Below, in pieces: positions 47,703 through 56,503 of a stretch of DNA of 60,297 nucleotides. The notes under the pieces are model-generated. The model made no database searches and was not told the origin of the DNA. It saw only the letters and a program-made list of their open reading frames with translations. Position 1 is the first letter of the stretch; every line of letters starts with the position of its first letter. A program made the position numbers and the translations under genes. The stretch comes from a virus (lineage: Duplodnaviria > Caudoviricetes), in IMG/VR virus record IMGVR_UViG_3300025875_000025, positions 1 through 60,297 of that record, one strand, 5' to 3'.

Positions 47703-48806
47703 TTAGCTGTCGGCGGTCGCGCTCGCGAATACGGAGAACACGCCTGCGTCCACCAGATCGCTTTGGTCGTCGCTCGGGTTCTTGCCGAAGCGCAGCTTGC
47801 CGATGCCGCGCATCTCCTGAACGGCCACGCCGCGGGAGAACTGGTAGTCCTTCGTCTGCTCCCGGACTTCCAGCTTCTGCGCCCAGCCCACGCCGATGGC
47901 CTGCGCGCCGCAGAGGGCGGTCGCCGCCACGTCGATGCCGGCAGCACCCGCCGCGGCGATCACCGGCATTTCTGGGATTTCCTTCACAATGATCCCGTCC
48001 CAGATGAGATCGCCGTCCGTGAACAATGGGTTATCTTTCCCACGTTCCATGGCGAGCTTGTATGCCTCCTGGACGGCCGGGTCCGACTTGAAGTCACGGA
48101 AGTGCGCGGACGGCATGAAGGCGACGAACCACTCGCCGTTCTTGTTCACCTGCACCGGGCGGATCGCCGGATGCGTGGTGCGAGCCAGGCGCTTGGCCTT
48201 GGAGAGCAGCGCGCCCGACATCGAATCCGCAGCGGCGTCGATGTTGGCGAGGGAGGTCGCCATGACGTTGCCGGCGTTGTTCGAGCGGTTGATGCCGAAC
48301 AGCACGCGGTCGGCGTTGTCGGCCAGCCACTCGTTGCGCTGGGTCGCCGTAGCCGAGGCGAAGGGCACGCCGTTCATGGAGGTGAAGGCGGTCGTGATGT
48401 CCGTCCGCATCTTCTCCATCGACCAGTTCTTCAGGGCCGGACGCGCGGCCTTGAGGATGTCGTGGAAGGACTTCTGCCGGTCCCACTCCGACGCCGCGAC
48501 CGCGTGACGAATCACGCCGATCTTCAGCGACATGGAGCGCATGTCGAGGAGTTCCTCGTTGCCCTCCAGGATCTGGTTGCCGGTGACGCCGGCACCGACC
48601 AGCTTGCGGACGGTCGCGAAGGTGATGGTGTCGCCGGGCTTGCGGGACAGATCCTCGTTGACGTGGATCAGGCCGTTCATGCCGTTGTCGCCGCCGCGCA
48701 TGAAGGCAGCGAACTGGTTCTCGCGCACGTACTCCGCCCAGAGTTCGGCCTCGAACTGCTCGGGGGTGAGATTCGGACGGCTACTGGTGATATTCATGTC
48801 CGCCAT
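47703..48806 (-). CDS. Major capsid protein (N4-gp56/DUF4043-like)
   Basis: GDTITF..L.G.GV.G...LEGNEE, NPLFTDG..WDGIIVKE, LCGAQA, DYQF. Confidence 0.88.
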   Translation of the reverse strand: MADMNITSSRPNLTPEQFEAELWAEYVRENQFAAFMRGGDNGMNGLIHVNEDLSRKPGDTITFATVRKLVGAGVTGNQILEGNEELLDMRSMSLKIGVIRHAVAASEWDRQKSFHDILKAARPALKNWSMEKMRTDITTAFTSMNGVPFASATATQRNEWLADNADRVLFGINRSNNAGNVMATSLANIDAAADSMSGALLSKAKRLARTTHPAIRPVQVNKNGEWFVAFMPSAHFRDFKSDPAVQEAYKLAMERGKDNPLFTDGDLIWDGIIVKEIPEMPVIAAAGAAGIDVAATALCGAQAIGVGWAQKLEVREQTKDYQFSRGVAVQEMRGIGKLRFGKNPSDDQSDLVDAGVFSVFASATADS

Positions 48807-48851
48807 CGGACTATCTTCCTATTCTCGGGTTGCGTTGAGGTGGCTTGCTCA

Positions 48852-48941
48852 GCGCCCGAGAGGCCCGGCGGCGGCGTTGGTCCCATGACGCAGGAACCGG
48901 AGCGATGCGCCCGAATGCCTTGCGGCGACCCGGCGGCGGTC
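48852..48941 (-). promoter_or_regulatory. Tandem RNA motif pair in capsid leader
   Basis: Stem-GCCGCCG-stem...GGGCGC, two copies. Confidence 0.6.
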
Positions 48942-49018
48942 ATGGCGGCGCGCTCTCACAGCGGAGTGCGCGGGCCGCAATCTCGTTGTGTCGAGGCTGG
49001 CGCGCGTTAGAATCGCGC

Positions 49019-49426
49019 ATGACCCAAACCGTCTTTCTCGTCATCGCCTCAAAGGGCAGCTACGACGACGCCGAAGTGTGGACTGTCGGCATCTTCACGG
49101 ATCAAGCCGAGGCTGAGCGAATTGCCGTCCGCGGCAACCGCGAAGCCAAGTTCCAGCAGAAGGAACTTGATGAGTGGGGAGCCAAGCACCACGAGATGAG
49201 CGTGGTGCGACACCCTGGCGGCGGCCTCTTTCACGTCTGGTCGCCCGGGCCTGCTTTAGCGAAGATCGACACGTCGGAGGCTGAGCGTGAGTGGCGAGAG
49301 GCGTTCGAAAAGGCCCACGGTCCACGCCCACCTGAGCCGGAAGCAGACGCCTACACAGTGCAGGAAGTGCCGCTGAACCAAGCCGGGCGATTTAACAGGC
49401 CGTCGGTTCCCGATGATGACGACTGA
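49019..49426 (+). CDS. Leaderless moron
   Basis: TAGAAT-CGCGC-ATG; VFLV...GSYDD...VGIFT..EAE. Confidence 0.7.
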   Translation: MTQTVFLVIASKGSYDDAEVWTVGIFTDQAEAERIAVRGNREAKFQQKELDEWGAKHHEMSVVRHPGGGLFHVWSPGPALAKIDTSEAEREWREAFEKAHGPRPPEPEADAYTVQEVPLNQAGRFNRPSVPDDDD

Positions 49427-50266
49427 CTACGGAAACAGCTGATCCACGCTCAGCGGCCCCGTGAAAGCCGGCGCACTCCGCGGCGCACTCCCGCGAGCCG
49501 AGCCCAGCGACGGCGTGGTGATGCCGGCGGCGGGGTTGATCTGCGGCGGGGGTGGTGCGGGCGGGGGCGCCTTGGCGGCGTATTCCGCTTCCCACTTCGC
49601 GCGGGCCTCGGACTCGATCTTCGCGCGGTAGGCGTCGGGGTCGGGGCCGATCTGCTCCAGCATCTCAATCCGCTTGGCCTCGCGGTACATACGCTCCCAC
49701 GGGTGGGGGTCGTTCATTACCTCGGCATGGATCGCCGGGTTCATCTCGACCGCGCGCTTGAAGATGGCGAACTTCTCGTCCATGTCCGGATGCTCTTTGC
49801 GAGCGACCATCTCGGAGAAGTGCAGCCGCTCGTTTATGATCTGCCTCTGCATCGCATAGGCATAACCCTGCGGGTCCTCGGCTGGGTTCGGAGGGGGCGG
49901 AAGCACCTGCGGCGCTTGCGACTGCTGCGCGACCGGCGCCGGCTGCGGAGGCTGAGCGGCCTGCTTCTTGAACGCTTCGAACTCGGCCCGAATGCGCTCC
50001 AGCTCAGCCTCTTTTGCCTTCCGCTGCTCCTCCTCGCGCGCCCATTTCTCTTTCCAGTCCCGGCGCGTCGCTTCAAGCGCAGAGCGAGGCACCATCGCCC
50101 CCTCCGTGGGTTGCGGCGGCGCTTCAGGTTCGCTCTCAGCGACTGAGGTCGGTTCCTCGGCCACCGGCACCGCCTCAGCGGCGACAGGCTCTGGCTCAGA
50201 CGGCGATTCCGGAACCTGTTCGGCGGGCTTACCGCCGGTCAAAAACTGCTCAAGCTCTTCGTTCAT
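49427..50266 (-). CDS. Capsid scaffolding protein
   Basis: Acidic/Pro-rich N-terminus, VPRSAL..R..K coiled coil; upstream of capsid. Confidence 0.8.
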   Translation of the reverse strand: MNEELEQFLTGGKPAEQVPESPSEPEPVAAEAVPVAEEPTSVAESEPEAPPQPTEGAMVPRSALEATRRDWKEKWAREEEQRKAKEAELERIRAEFEAFKKQAAQPPQPAPVAQQSQAPQVLPPPPNPAEDPQGYAYAMQRQIINERLHFSEMVARKEHPDMDEKFAIFKRAVEMNPAIHAEVMNDPHPWERMYREAKRIEMLEQIGPDPDAYRAKIESEARAKWEAEYAAKAPPPAPPPPQINPAAGITTPSLGSARGSAPRSAPAFTGPLSVDQLFP

Positions 50267-50277
50267 GTTTTCCTCGT

Positions 50278-50330
50278 GCGCCCTTCAGACCCGGCGGCGG
50301 TCGTGCGCCCTTTAAGCCCGGCGGCGGCTA
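50278..50330 (-). promoter_or_regulatory. Tandem RNA motif pair in scaffold leader
   Basis: Same motif twice, abutting the GAGG RBS. Confidence 0.6.
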
Positions 50331-50367
50331 TGGGAGACGCTTGCTCAGCGGCTCCAATTTCGTGCTA
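50324..50367. repeat. 44-bp exact direct repeat, copy 2
   Basis: Identical to 44430-44473. Confidence 0.95.
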
Positions 50368-50377
50368 TTTTTCCGCC

Positions 50378-50710
50378 ATGACCCAAGCTGCCTATGATCC
50401 CACCCACGGCATCCGCGACGACGCGCTTGCCCACCTCACGCCCAAGGACAAAGCCTTGGTGTTGCGGCTGCTAGCGCGTGTGTCGGAGCAGTCCTACCGG
50501 CGGGGCGCGCAGCAGGGCGCCACTATCAAGGACATCCGCCCCGGCTCACTGCCGACGGACCTAGGCGCATGGCGCTATGGGCAAAGCCTCGACAAGGCGC
50601 CCGGTGTGGACGGCTTCAACTGCGAGGGCGCGGAGTGGCGCTTGCAGGCCGAATGCGGCAGCGCCCTGGACCGGGTGGGACTGCGTACGTTGACGCCCGC
50701 CACCTACTGA
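50378..50710 (+). CDS. Moron, hypothetical protein
   Basis: ATG just after TGCTATTTT at the end of the repeat. Confidence 0.6.
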   Translation: MTQAAYDPTHGIRDDALAHLTPKDKALVLRLLARVSEQSYRRGAQQGATIKDIRPGSLPTDLGAWRYGQSLDKAPGVDGFNCEGAEWRLQAECGSALDRVGLRTLTPATY

Positions 50711-50913
50711 ATGGCGGCAGGCTCGCACTCGTCCAGCATAAGCACACCCCAGGCATCACCCATACCAAAGACCACCGAAACCGCCTCGGCGTAGTCGTCA
50801 GTCTCGTCGCGGTCCTCATCGAACATCTTGACGATGGGGAGGCTGGAGCCGTCGCGCATGTGGATCACTCGGTCCACAAGGTTGACGGCTTCGATATCCA
50901 CGAACCTCTCCAC
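50704..50913 (-). CDS. Small acidic protein
   Basis: Directly follows the portal stop. Confidence 0.55.
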   Translation of the reverse strand: MERFVDIEAVNLVDRVIHMRDGSSLPIVKMFDEDRDETDDYAEAVSVVFGMGDAWGVLMLDECEPAAIQ

Positions 50914-50914
50914 C

Positions 50915-52951
50915 CTAGCCCCCTAGCGGCGGAAACCCGCCCAACGTCTCCGGATAGCCCTGCTCCACGGGCATCACCGCCCCATCACCCATCGTCGGCC
51001 CCACCGGCACCAGCGGGTCATGCAGCGCGTCGCGATGGATCGTCGCCACCTTCTGCACCGCACCGACCTGCTTCTCGGCCGCCGTGGCAGAGGCGAGGTC
51101 GGCCTGGGCGTTGGTCTTGCGGATGTTGGCCTGGGCCAAGGCTTGCGCTTCGGGCGGCGGCTGCGCGGGAGGCTGGGCGGCCAGCTTCTCCACCTCGCCC
51201 AGGATTTCCGTCAGCTTGTCCTTGTTCCGCAGGTTCGAGGCCGTCACCAGCATGGAGAACAGCTTCATCTGCGCGGGCGGCGGCATCGCGGGGAGCATGC
51301 CCGGCACCATCTGGGAGAGCATCTGGAACTCTTCGGCCGCCAACGTCGGCACGTCCGGCCCGCTCTCGATGGTGATGTCCACCTCAAGGTCGGACACGTT
51401 GTTCTCGACGCGGATGACCTGCTGGAGCCGAGGATCACCGGGCTGGATGCCGAGGCGCTGCATCTGGAAGGCGCGGACCTCCGGCGGTAGCGCCATCAGA
51501 TCGTCGCCAAGCGTCACCTGCCGGTTCAGCCCGAGGAACTTCACCCCGCCGTCATCGTCGGTGACGCGGACCCAACGCTCGGCCGTCCAGAACTGGCGGA
51601 TCCGCATCCAGACCGCCTCATGAATGCGGCGGGTCCAACTGCGGAGGGCGTCGGCCAGTGGCTCAATCTCGGCCTGGCCCCCGGCCTGCTGGGCGATGAT
51701 GGCGCGGCCGGAGAGGTCGCGGCTGTCCTTCCCTGCAAGGCTGGCATTGGCGCCCTGGGCCTGCATCTCGGCCGTGGCGTGCTGGAGAAGCTGGAACTGC
51801 CCGGAGGCGAGGTCGCCGCCCGGCATGATCTCGAACCGCATCCCCGGCGTGACTTCGATATAGCCGTCTGGCTTAGCCACCTCGGCGCGGGCTGCATCAG
51901 GGTCAGCAACCGCGCCCTGCTCGGAGATCACTCGGTTGACGGAGAGGAGGTGGAGCGCCTTGGATCGACGTTTGTTAATTTCGTCTTGCAAACTAATGAA
52001 GTCGCGGACCATGCCGTAGCGCATGTTGTCCTTCTGGGCGACGTAGGCCGACTGAAGGATCAGGCGCGGGCAGGACTTGCCGTCGCGGTCCAGATAGGGG
52101 CTCTGGATCGGCGGGGTCATGAAGCCGGCCTTCGTGAAGGTCGCCTCCCACCACTCGCCACGGCTGCGCCAGAAGATTTGCACCACCCGCACGCGCGTCC
52201 GGCGGTTGTCGCACCAGAGGGTGCCGGGACGGTCCTGATAGGTCCCGTAAGCCTGGCCCTCGGTCGCGAACGTGCCGTCTACGGCATCGCCTGCGTCCGG
52301 GAACATCTCCAAGGCTTCGTCCCGGTCCATCCACAAGACCGAGCCGAGATACCACGCGTCCTTGAAGTCGCCACGGCGGCTGTGCGGGTCGTAGAACAGG
52401 CGATCCCAGGGGATTTCCTTGATCCGGACCTCAACGTCCATGCCCTTGCCGGGTTCAACGATGACCTCAGCGCCTCCGAAGCCCTCGACCAGCATGGACT
52501 CATAGACGGCGCTGCGAACCTCATCGAACTCGGTCGCGTCCGAGACGTAGCGTAGGGCCTGGGTGGCCGCGTCGGCGCGCTGGTCCTCGTTCGGGGTGCG
52601 GGGAAGGGCCTTGGGATCGGTGCGCGAGCGGCGCTCCAGACCCCGCATGAGGTCGATCTTGCGCTTTGTGTAGTTGATGATCGTGGGCGGCTGACCGCGC
52701 TTGCGAAGCGCCTCCATTTCCTCTGCCGTGAGTTGCGCCCCATCGTAATAGGCGCGATCCCGCTCCGACAGCCGGCGCGCCTCGGTCGTGGCGTCCTCCG
52801 CGTTCTCAAACCAGCGCACGAGCTGGGTGAGAAGATCCCCCTCCTCCCCCGGATAGGGGATCGGCGCCGGGGGCTGCGGCATGGAAGGCGCGCCCGTCTG
52901 GTCGATGACCTGGGGGAGAAGCGCGTTCGGCGTGAGGAGACTGTCGGAAAT
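50915..52951 (-). CDS. P22-like portal protein
   Basis: DRAYYDGAQ, RGQPP..IN, FYDPHS, QDEINKRRSK; probable ATT start. Confidence 0.9.
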   Translation of the reverse strand: MSDSLLTPNALLPQVIDQTGAPSMPQPPAPIPYPGEEGDLLTQLVRWFENAEDATTEARRLSERDRAYYDGAQLTAEEMEALRKRGQPPTIINYTKRKIDLMRGLERRSRTDPKALPRTPNEDQRADAATQALRYVSDATEFDEVRSAVYESMLVEGFGGAEVIVEPGKGMDVEVRIKEIPWDRLFYDPHSRRGDFKDAWYLGSVLWMDRDEALEMFPDAGDAVDGTFATEGQAYGTYQDRPGTLWCDNRRTRVRVVQIFWRSRGEWWEATFTKAGFMTPPIQSPYLDRDGKSCPRLILQSAYVAQKDNMRYGMVRDFISLQDEINKRRSKALHLLSVNRVISEQGAVADPDAARAEVAKPDGYIEVTPGMRFEIMPGGDLASGQFQLLQHATAEMQAQGANASLAGKDSRDLSGRAIIAQQAGGQAEIEPLADALRSWTRRIHEAVWMRIRQFWTAERWVRVTDDDGGVKFLGLNRQVTLGDDLMALPPEVRAFQMQRLGIQPGDPRLQQVIRVENNVSDLEVDITIESGPDVPTLAAEEFQMLSQMVPGMLPAMPPPAQMKLFSMLVTASNLRNKDKLTEILGEVEKLAAQPPAQPPPEAQALAQANIRKTNAQADLASATAAEKQVGAVQKVATIHRDALHDPLVPVGPTMGDGAVMPVEQGYPETLGGFPPLGG

Positions 52952-52991
52952 GGCGGCCTCCTGTGTAGAATGGGGGCGAACGGAGGCTGAG

Positions 52992-53198
52992 ATGAGCGAC
53001 GACCAAGCGACCAAGACGATGACGCCATCTGAATTTGCTGCGGCGATGCGCGAGGTGGCCAAGGGAGGCGACTACAACGGCGGAGATATCGAGGCGGCGC
53101 ACCAGGAGGCAGACAAGCTTCTCTGCGCGATGCTCCGGAACCTCGGCTATGGAGAAGGTGTGGATGCCTTCGAGAACATGGACCGGTGGTATTCCTGA
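52992..53198 (+). CDS. Moron, small protein
   Basis: DIEAAHQEADKLLC..L..LGY.EGV..F...WY; TAGAAT and GGAGG upstream. Confidence 0.7.
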   Translation: MSDDQATKTMTPSEFAAAMREVAKGGDYNGGDIEAAHQEADKLLCAMLRNLGYGEGVDAFENMDRWYS

Positions 53199-53199
53199 G

Positions 53200-53622
53200 A
53201 TGACCGGCTGGCAGCCAATCGAAACCGTGCCGTGTGAGGGCAACCAGCCGGTGCTTGTTTTCTGCCCCAAAGCGCATCGGGGCGGCGATTCATGCGAGGT
53301 CGTGGTGGTCTACCGCAACGACGAAGGCGGCTTTGACTACTGGACCAATGGCGGCGCTAACGCTGGGGAGGACTTCCACTTCAGTGAGGACGAAGAGCCC
53401 ACCCACTGGATGCACCTTCCGCCCGCCCCCGACCCTGAGAAGATAGCCGAGCAAGCCCGGGAAGCCGCGCTCCCGCCCCATCTGCGAAAGACGGCGGTGA
53501 CCGTCATCGCCCCGTCCGGCGAGGTGCTAGGCGTGGCCCACGTTGACCCGCCTGAGCCGTTCAAGCCGCGGACGGAGGGGCTGCTGCACCCTCATGTGGA
53601 CGAGCTGTTCGGGCGAGACTAG
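53200..53622 (+). CDS. DUF551-like protein
   Basis: WQPIET...PTHWMHLPPAP. Confidence 0.7.
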   Translation: MTGWQPIETVPCEGNQPVLVFCPKAHRGGDSCEVVVVYRNDEGGFDYWTNGGANAGEDFHFSEDEEPTHWMHLPPAPDPEKIAEQAREAALPPHLRKTAVTVIAPSGEVLGVAHVDPPEPFKPRTEGLLHPHVDELFGRD

Positions 53623-53989
53623 CCGCGTCCCACTCGCGGAACATGCGCACCATGCGGCCTGTGTCTATGAACGTCGGGGCTCTCGAACCCGGCCCGTAGA
53701 TGCAGACTGCATGGCGGCGCTTGGTCTCGCCGGGGAACATCACGCCCACACCGCCCATCCAGCCCCAGTCGCGGACGGCACCATGAACCTTAGCTTCGGG
53801 GAAAGCGGCCTGGACCGCCGCAACGTAGGGAGCGAGGTCGGCCATGGTCCACTGTTGGTTATGAAGAGTGATGATCTGAGGACGCCACACGCTCACCGGC
53901 ATAAGGCTGTCCGCACGAACCAGCGCCGGAGCCGCGATCCCCAATTATCCCTTTGACAAAGGACGGACGGGTCAACTAAATTCCCACTT

Positions 53990-54937
53990 ATGGCGACCGA
54001 CCTTTCCGATCCGATCTTCCACGATGAGGCAGCGGCCCGCGCGCACCTTGAGGCGCAGCGTTGGCCGAACGGCCCGGTGTGCCCGCATTGCGGCGTGATC
54101 GGCGAGGCGACGCGGCTTGCTGGCGAAAAGCACCGCCCCGGCCTGCTGGAATGCCGTGCCTGCCGTCGCCAGTTTTCGGTGACGGTTGGAACGGTCTTTG
54201 AACGCTCGCATGTGCCCCTGCATAAGTGGGTGCTGGCGGTTCAGCTTCTCACGTCCAGCAAGAAGGGTATGTCCTCGCACCAGCTCTCCCGCATGCTGGA
54301 TGTGACCTACAAAACCGCTTGGTTTATGTCACACCGCATTCGCGAGGCGATGACTGATAACAACCCCGGCCCGATTGGCGGCGAGGGCAAGATCGTTGAG
54401 GCCGACGAGACGTATTACGGCAAGACGGCGGTTCCGACCGACCTGACCACTTGGGGCACCAAGCCCAAGCGCCGCAACGCTGGTCCCCGTGGCAAGCGTC
54501 CTATCGTCGCTCTGGTTGAGCGTGGGGGCGAGGTGCGTGCCACCCATATGAAGAAGGTTACTGCCAACAACGTCCGCGACATGCTGGTCCGCAACGCTGA
54601 CCGCAAGAGCCGTCTCCACACCGACGAGAGCCGACTTTACCCGGAAGTCGGTAAGGAGTTCGCCACCCACGAGACGGTGCGCCACTCGGCCAAGGAGTAT
54701 GCGGTGGGCGACGTGAACACGAACTCCATCGAAGGCTTCTTCGGCGTGTTCAAGCGCGGCATGAAGGGCATCTATCAGCACTGCGGCGAGCAGCACATGC
54801 AGCGATACCTCAACGAGTTCGCATTCCGCCACAACAACCGCGCCAAGCTCGGCATCGACGACGCCATGCGCGCGGCCATCGCCCTGCGCGGCATCGGCGG
54901 CAAGCGCCTCACCTATCGGCGGATTGGTGCGAACTAA
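53990..54937 (+). CDS. tnp: IS1595 transposase
   Basis: RWPNGPVCPHC, CRACRRQFSV, EADETY, TDE, NTNSIEGFF, YLNEF. Confidence 0.95.
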   Translation: MATDLSDPIFHDEAAARAHLEAQRWPNGPVCPHCGVIGEATRLAGEKHRPGLLECRACRRQFSVTVGTVFERSHVPLHKWVLAVQLLTSSKKGMSSHQLSRMLDVTYKTAWFMSHRIREAMTDNNPGPIGGEGKIVEADETYYGKTAVPTDLTTWGTKPKRRNAGPRGKRPIVALVERGGEVRATHMKKVTANNVRDMLVRNADRKSRLHTDESRLYPEVGKEFATHETVRHSAKEYAVGDVNTNSIEGFFGVFKRGMKGIYQHCGEQHMQRYLNEFAFRHNNRAKLGIDDAMRAAIALRGIGGKRLTYRRIGAN

Positions 54938-55277
54938 GGTTCCACACCAGTTGCTCCGCCGTTACTTAGCGTGGCGAAACAGACTAGACGGCCAAAGAGA
55001 AAACGGATCACCATCCGAGTGCGACCCGAACGAGTCTCTAGACTTGCCCTCTAGGGACCTGAACGGCGTCGCGTAACCTTGTGCCCGAAACCTCACGTGC
55101 GTAATCCGGGCTCCGCAGGTCCGTAGGGGCTAGGGACGGCACACAAGGCCACTGTTCGTGGTGCGCACTGCGGATGGTGGGCCGATCAACCCGATAACGG
55201 CGGCGCAAACCGTTGCTCGGGGGCCACTACCACAACCCTCAAGGGTTGCGGCCGGCTGCGACCCGGAGGATCGGCCC

Positions 55278-55370
55278 ATGCGGCCAGCCCTAAAGGTCGT
55301 TGTCACAGTCAAGGTTGACCTAGCCCGGGTTCTTCTTGCGCTCGCGGTCTTGGTTCAACTTCTTCTGTGA
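55278..55370 (+). CDS. 30-aa hydrophobic peptide
   Basis: GGAGGA RBS sequestered in a 10-bp stem. Confidence 0.5.
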   Translation: MRPALKVVVTVKVDLARVLLALAVLVQLLL

Positions 55371-55496
55371 TGAGGGAGCGGCGGGTTCCGGCCCGCCGCT
55401 TTCCTTCTCCTGCCGCTTTTTCGGCGTCGTCAACATGCGGCGCAGCACGGCGTCGCGCTGTTCTGCATCTTCACTGGGACGATTGTTATCCGACAT
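55320..55496 (-). CDS. Small IS-borne basic protein
   Basis: RDAVLRRMLTTPKK. Confidence 0.4.
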   Translation of the reverse strand: MSDNNRPSEDAEQRDAVLRRMLTTPKKRQEKESGGPEPAAPSSQKKLNQDRERKKNPG

Positions 55497-56127
55497 GACA
55501 ATGCGTGACCCCGGCCTAATCCAACAAACACACCATAGCATAACAGACGCACAGTTCGCGGATATTGGGCGCGTCGTAGTGCTTACTGCGGCATGTGAAA
55601 GCTTGATGGTGGAGGTTGTTCGGCACGCCCTTTCGATTCCCCTGGCACTAGCAGACGACATGCTGGGGACCACAAAAGCCGAAGCGCGGTCCACCGTTTT
55701 TATAGGTATTATTCGGCACGCGGCAAAAGACCAAGAGGTTATAGAACTAGCCGAAGATTGCATCGAGGCAATGGCGTCATTAGGCGGCGAACGGAACACA
55801 TTGGTTCACGGATTGTGCAGGCTGGTTGAACCAGTTCCTCGCAAGGGCTTCGCTGTTGCGTTTCGCCGCAGCAAGAATCCCCGCAAAATCACCTTTGCGC
55901 ACACAATCAGCGACACTATTTCGCGTCTCGAAGCCGTATCCAGTGCATTGGTGTGGCTGCAATGGTTCCTGACTGATTTTGTCCCACCCTCACAGTTTCC
56001 ATGGCGCGATAGAGTTCAGCGCAGACGTCGTATGGGGTTAGGCCAGCCGGGAACGAATCCCAAATCTCGTCAGGGAGCAGAGCAACGGCAACCTCCAACA
56101 TCTCATCCGAAGCCTCATTCCCCTTAG
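55495..56127 (+). CDS. IS passenger hypothetical protein
   Basis: Lower GC; IGRVV...E...ERNTLVHG (R-x4-H). Confidence 0.55.
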   Translation: MTMRDPGLIQQTHHSITDAQFADIGRVVVLTAACESLMVEVVRHALSIPLALADDMLGTTKAEARSTVFIGIIRHAAKDQEVIELAEDCIEAMASLGGERNTLVHGLCRLVEPVPRKGFAVAFRRSKNPRKITFAHTISDTISRLEAVSSALVWLQWFLTDFVPPSQFPWRDRVQRRRRMGLGQPGTNPKSRQGAEQRQPPTSHPKPHSP

Positions 56128-56281
56128 GGCCGGGCTCACCATCCAGCATAACGATATTCCCTCCTCAAAAGGGAACATACGCTCACCGCGCGCTGGATCA
56201 ATGTCCTACGATTCTGCCTTTGTCAAAGGGATAATTGGGCCGCGATCAGCCCCGCAAACGCGCCAATGAACCCGCGACGGT

Positions 56282-56503
56282 TCATCCAGCCCCCACCCCA
56301 TCGAAATACGCCCGCAGCGCCACGATCGCGATATGCGGGCTGCCTTTGACCAGCGGCGCCGTCCGGCGATGCCCGTCCAGCGTGACGCTCACCGTGGCCG
56401 CGTAGCCCATGTTCTACGTCGAAACGGCGACCGTCGCATCCGGGAACGCGCCCTGAATGACCCGCTCGGCGCTCGTCAGGTCGTTAAGGGTCCAGTCGGG
56501 CAT
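56282..56503 (-). pseudogene. Small gene with in-frame TAG at 56414-56416
   Basis: Coupled to TerL stop and to the next start; frame continues past TAG. Confidence 0.55.

Larger units (their letters stand above)
53940..56239 (+). mobile_element. IS1595-family element with passenger genes (2300 bp)
   Basis: 23-bp IRs CCCAATTATCCCTTTGACAAAGG; 8-bp TSD CCGCGATC at 53932-53939 and 56240-56247. Confidence 0.95.
53561..56285 (-). pseudogene. Twin-Arg-like small gene split by the IS
   Basis: MNRRGFIGAFAGLIA (56285-56240) rejoins APALVRADSLMPV (below 53932) once the IS and one TSD are removed. Confidence 0.8.

Noticed and set aside
44430-50367. CRISPR array or integron attC sites
   Set aside because: Only two distant copies, no spacers, and no attC structure.
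51483-51494. Second ops-like GGCGGTAGCGCC
   Set aside because: Antisense within the portal gene; expected by chance at this GC content.
56414-56416. Genome-wide amber recoding
   Set aside because: TAG terminates many intact genes (capsid, portal, scaffold) and no suppressor tRNA is seen.
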